In this document: piece after piece, positions 58,773 to 61,253 of the stretch
How the letters are laid out: every line of letters begins with the position of its first letter
Position numbering within the stretch: the first letter of the stretch is position 1
Origin: Octopus bimaculoides
Lineage: Eukaryota
DNA: 61,253 nucleotides
Reading direction: 5' to 3'
Assembly (NCBI RefSeq): GCF_001194135.2
Contig: NC_068987.1
Span: 63,378,092 to 63,439,344 of the forward strand
Made by a program: the position numbers and the translations under genes
The notes under the pieces: model-generated
Seen by the model: the letters and a program-made list of their open reading frames with translations, nothing else
Told to the model about the DNA's origin: nothing
Databases searched by the model: none

Positions 58773-60919
58773 TATATTAGTTATGTTTTTTTTGTTTTGT
58801 TTTTGGTAATTGAAACTAAAATATAATACATGATCATTAATCCAGTTTTACTAGGAGGAAGTCCAACATCTTACACTTGTTGATAGCTAACAGGGTGGTT
58901 TTATTTGGGCGTAGATTTCACTGACAACAGATTGATTGAGATTTTCAAGTGTGTATGTGTGTGTGTGTGTGTATGTGTGTGTGCGTAGGAATGGATATAT
59001 ACATGTATGTGTATACATATGTGTGTCGGTACATATACGTGTGTATATACACCCACACATATATATACGTGTTGAGTATCTTCCATGATATNNNNNNNNN
59101 NNNNNNNNNNNNNNNNNNNNNNNNNNNNNNNNNNNNNNNNNNNNNNNNNNNNNNNNNNNNNNNNNNNNNNNNNNNNNNNNNNNNNNNNNNNNNNNNNNNN
59201 NNNNNNNNNNNNNNNNNNNNNNNNNNNNNNNNNNNNNNNNNNNNNNNNNNNNNNNNNNNNNNNNNNNNNNNNNNNNNNNNNNNNNNNNNNNNNNNNNNNN
59301 NNNNNNNNNNNNNNNNNNNNNNNNNNNNNNNNNNNNNNNNNNNNNNNNNNNNNNNNNNNNNNNNNNNNNNNNNNNNNNNNNNNNNNNNNNNNNNNNNNNN
59401 NNNNNNNNNNNNNNNNNNNNNNNNNNNNNNNNNNNNNNNNNNNNNNNNNNNNNNNNNNNNNNNNNNNNNNNNNNNNNNNNNNNNNNNNNNNNNNNNNNNN
59501 NNNNNNNNNNNNNNNNNNNNNNNNNNNNNNNNNNNNNNNNNNNNNNNNNNNNNNNNNNNNNNNNNNNNNNNNNNNNNNNNNNNNNNNNNNNNNNNNNNNN
59601 NNNNNNNNNNNNNNNNNNNNNNNNNNNNNNNNNNNNNNNNNNNNNNNNNNNNNNNNNNNNNNNNNNNNNNNNNNNNNNNNNNNNNNNNNNNNNNNNNNNN
59701 NNNNNNNNNNNNNNNNNNNNNNNNNNNNNNNNNNNNNNNNNNNNNNNNNNNNNNNNNNNNNNNNNNNNNNNNNNNNNNNNNNNNNNNNNNNNNNNNNNNN
59801 NNNNNNNNNNNNNNNNNNNNNNNNNNNNNNNNNNNNNNNNNNNNNNNNNNNNNNNNNNNNNNNNNNNNNNNNNNNNNNNNNNNNNNNNNNNNNNNNNNNN
59901 NNNNNNNNNNNNNNNNNNNNNNNNNNNNNNNNNNNNNNNNNNNNNNNNNNNNNNNNNNNNNNNNNNNNNNNNNNNNNNNNNNNNNNNNNNNNNNNNNNNN
60001 NNNNNNNNNNNNNNNNNNNNNNNNNNNTATATATATGTCGTTGCTATTATGCAAAAGTGCTGTTAATCAAAAACGTTACTTTTTCAGAAACGATAAAATA
60101 ATTTCACCATTCCATACCAAATCCGTTGTACTAGACTTTGACAATTTTTGATATCTTGGCATCTAAGCAGCTGGAGATACGATAGTTTGACCAAAATAAT
60201 CGGCTATTGCAAGCATCAATAAATACTGGAAAAAAAAGAAAGAAAAAAACGCATTTGACCGAATTTGGACATACGACAGTTTAACATCATACCAATAATA
60301 TATATATATGTAACTCCTTGCGACAATGTAACATTTCATTTAATCAAAATATCCGCAGCCTGAAGAATATATCTAGTGATATATGCGTGTTTGTGTTGTT
60401 TTGTGCGTGTGAGAAAAAGAGAGAGGCAAACAGAGAGATAGATCGATAGAAAGAGAGTAAAGAACTGGAAAGTGAGTGATCAATACCACGATGGTGGTTG
60501 AATAATTTCTTTAAATAGTTGAGTACTGCTAGTACCATACCAGTGGTTTCCTGCAAATATAAATCGTAATTATTTAAGTGTAGCTTGAATAATGCCGGCA
60601 GTTTAGCCACTATTATTAGGCTGAGTGCAAATGAAATGTAAAACGAGATTTAGTGCGTTGACCATCCATAAATTCCAAATTTTATTTTGAAATTAATGTG
60701 AGCAGCTGTCTTCGAAGACTCATATTGTCGTTGAATGCTCGAAGTGAGGAGTAGATAGACAGCCGACAATTGATGATGGGTCGTTCTTTGTTCTTGTTTT
60801 CCATTTGTTTCTCACGTTGTTTGCGTATTTAACTCGTTTGTTTTCGTACTTCATGTTGTTTACGCAGTTGGTGATGTCCTGTACCCATATATGCATATGT
60901 ATATATATATATATATATG

Positions 60920-61253
60920 TGGAGGCGCAAAGGCCCAGTGGTTAGGGCAGCGGACTCGCGGTCATAAGATCGCGGTTTCGATTCCCAGACTGGGCGTATT
61001 GAGCGAGCCCTGCTGTACTCTTTCACCAAAACTTTCTCTCACTCTTACTTCCTGTTTCTCTTGTGCCTGTAATTCAAAGGGTCAGCCTTGTCACACTGTG
61101 TCACGCTGGATATCCCTGAGAACTACGTTAAGGGTACACGTGTATGTGGAGTGCTCAACCACTTGCAGGTTAATTTCACGAGCAGGTTGTTCCGTTGATC
61201 GGATCAGCTGGAACCCTCGACGTCGTAAGCGACGGAGTGCCAACAACAGCAAC
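60920..61253 (+). mobile_element. tRNA-derived SINE with RTE-type tail ending in (CAA)n
   Basis: Head GGAGGCGCAAAGGCCCAGTGGTTAGGGC...GGTTTCGATTCCC; tail AACTACGTTAAGGGTACACGTG...GACGGAGTGCCAACAACAGCAAC. Confidence 0.85.

Overview
AT-rich, very repeat-dense eukaryotic scaffold with 11 N-gaps, nearly all flanked by microsatellites. The SINE repertoire and microsatellite load point to a coleoid cephalopod, probably Octopus (inferred from memory, not from a search). I cannot confidently identify any host protein-coding exon, so the window is probably intronic or intergenic; most ORFs in the supplied track are microsatellite, gap or SINE artefacts. Recognisable content: about 30 copies of a tRNA-derived SINE with a Meta/MESC-like core, about 9 CORE-like SINEs with an internal microsatellite, several SINEs with RTE-like tails, decayed LINEs (RTE-BovB, R4/Dong-like, Tx1/L1 ORF1 and ORF2 pieces, a CR1-group RT scrap), DNA transposons (a near full-length Tc1-type element with DD36E spacing, mariner, maT-like, piggyBac-like, hAT and Helitron remnants) and several MITEs. 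Most interesting: (1) a head-to-head inverted pair of microsatellite-anchored units at 44451-44995, one carrying an apparently intact type I hammerhead ribozyme, with a second, almost perfect fold-back of the same layout at 11916-12523; (2) a fold-back MITE at 25022-25616 with a central palindrome of telomeric repeats; (3) the DD36E element; (4) a pre-miRNA-sized hairpin at 54311-54373. All alignments, folds and identities were done by eye, and repeat boundaries are approximate.
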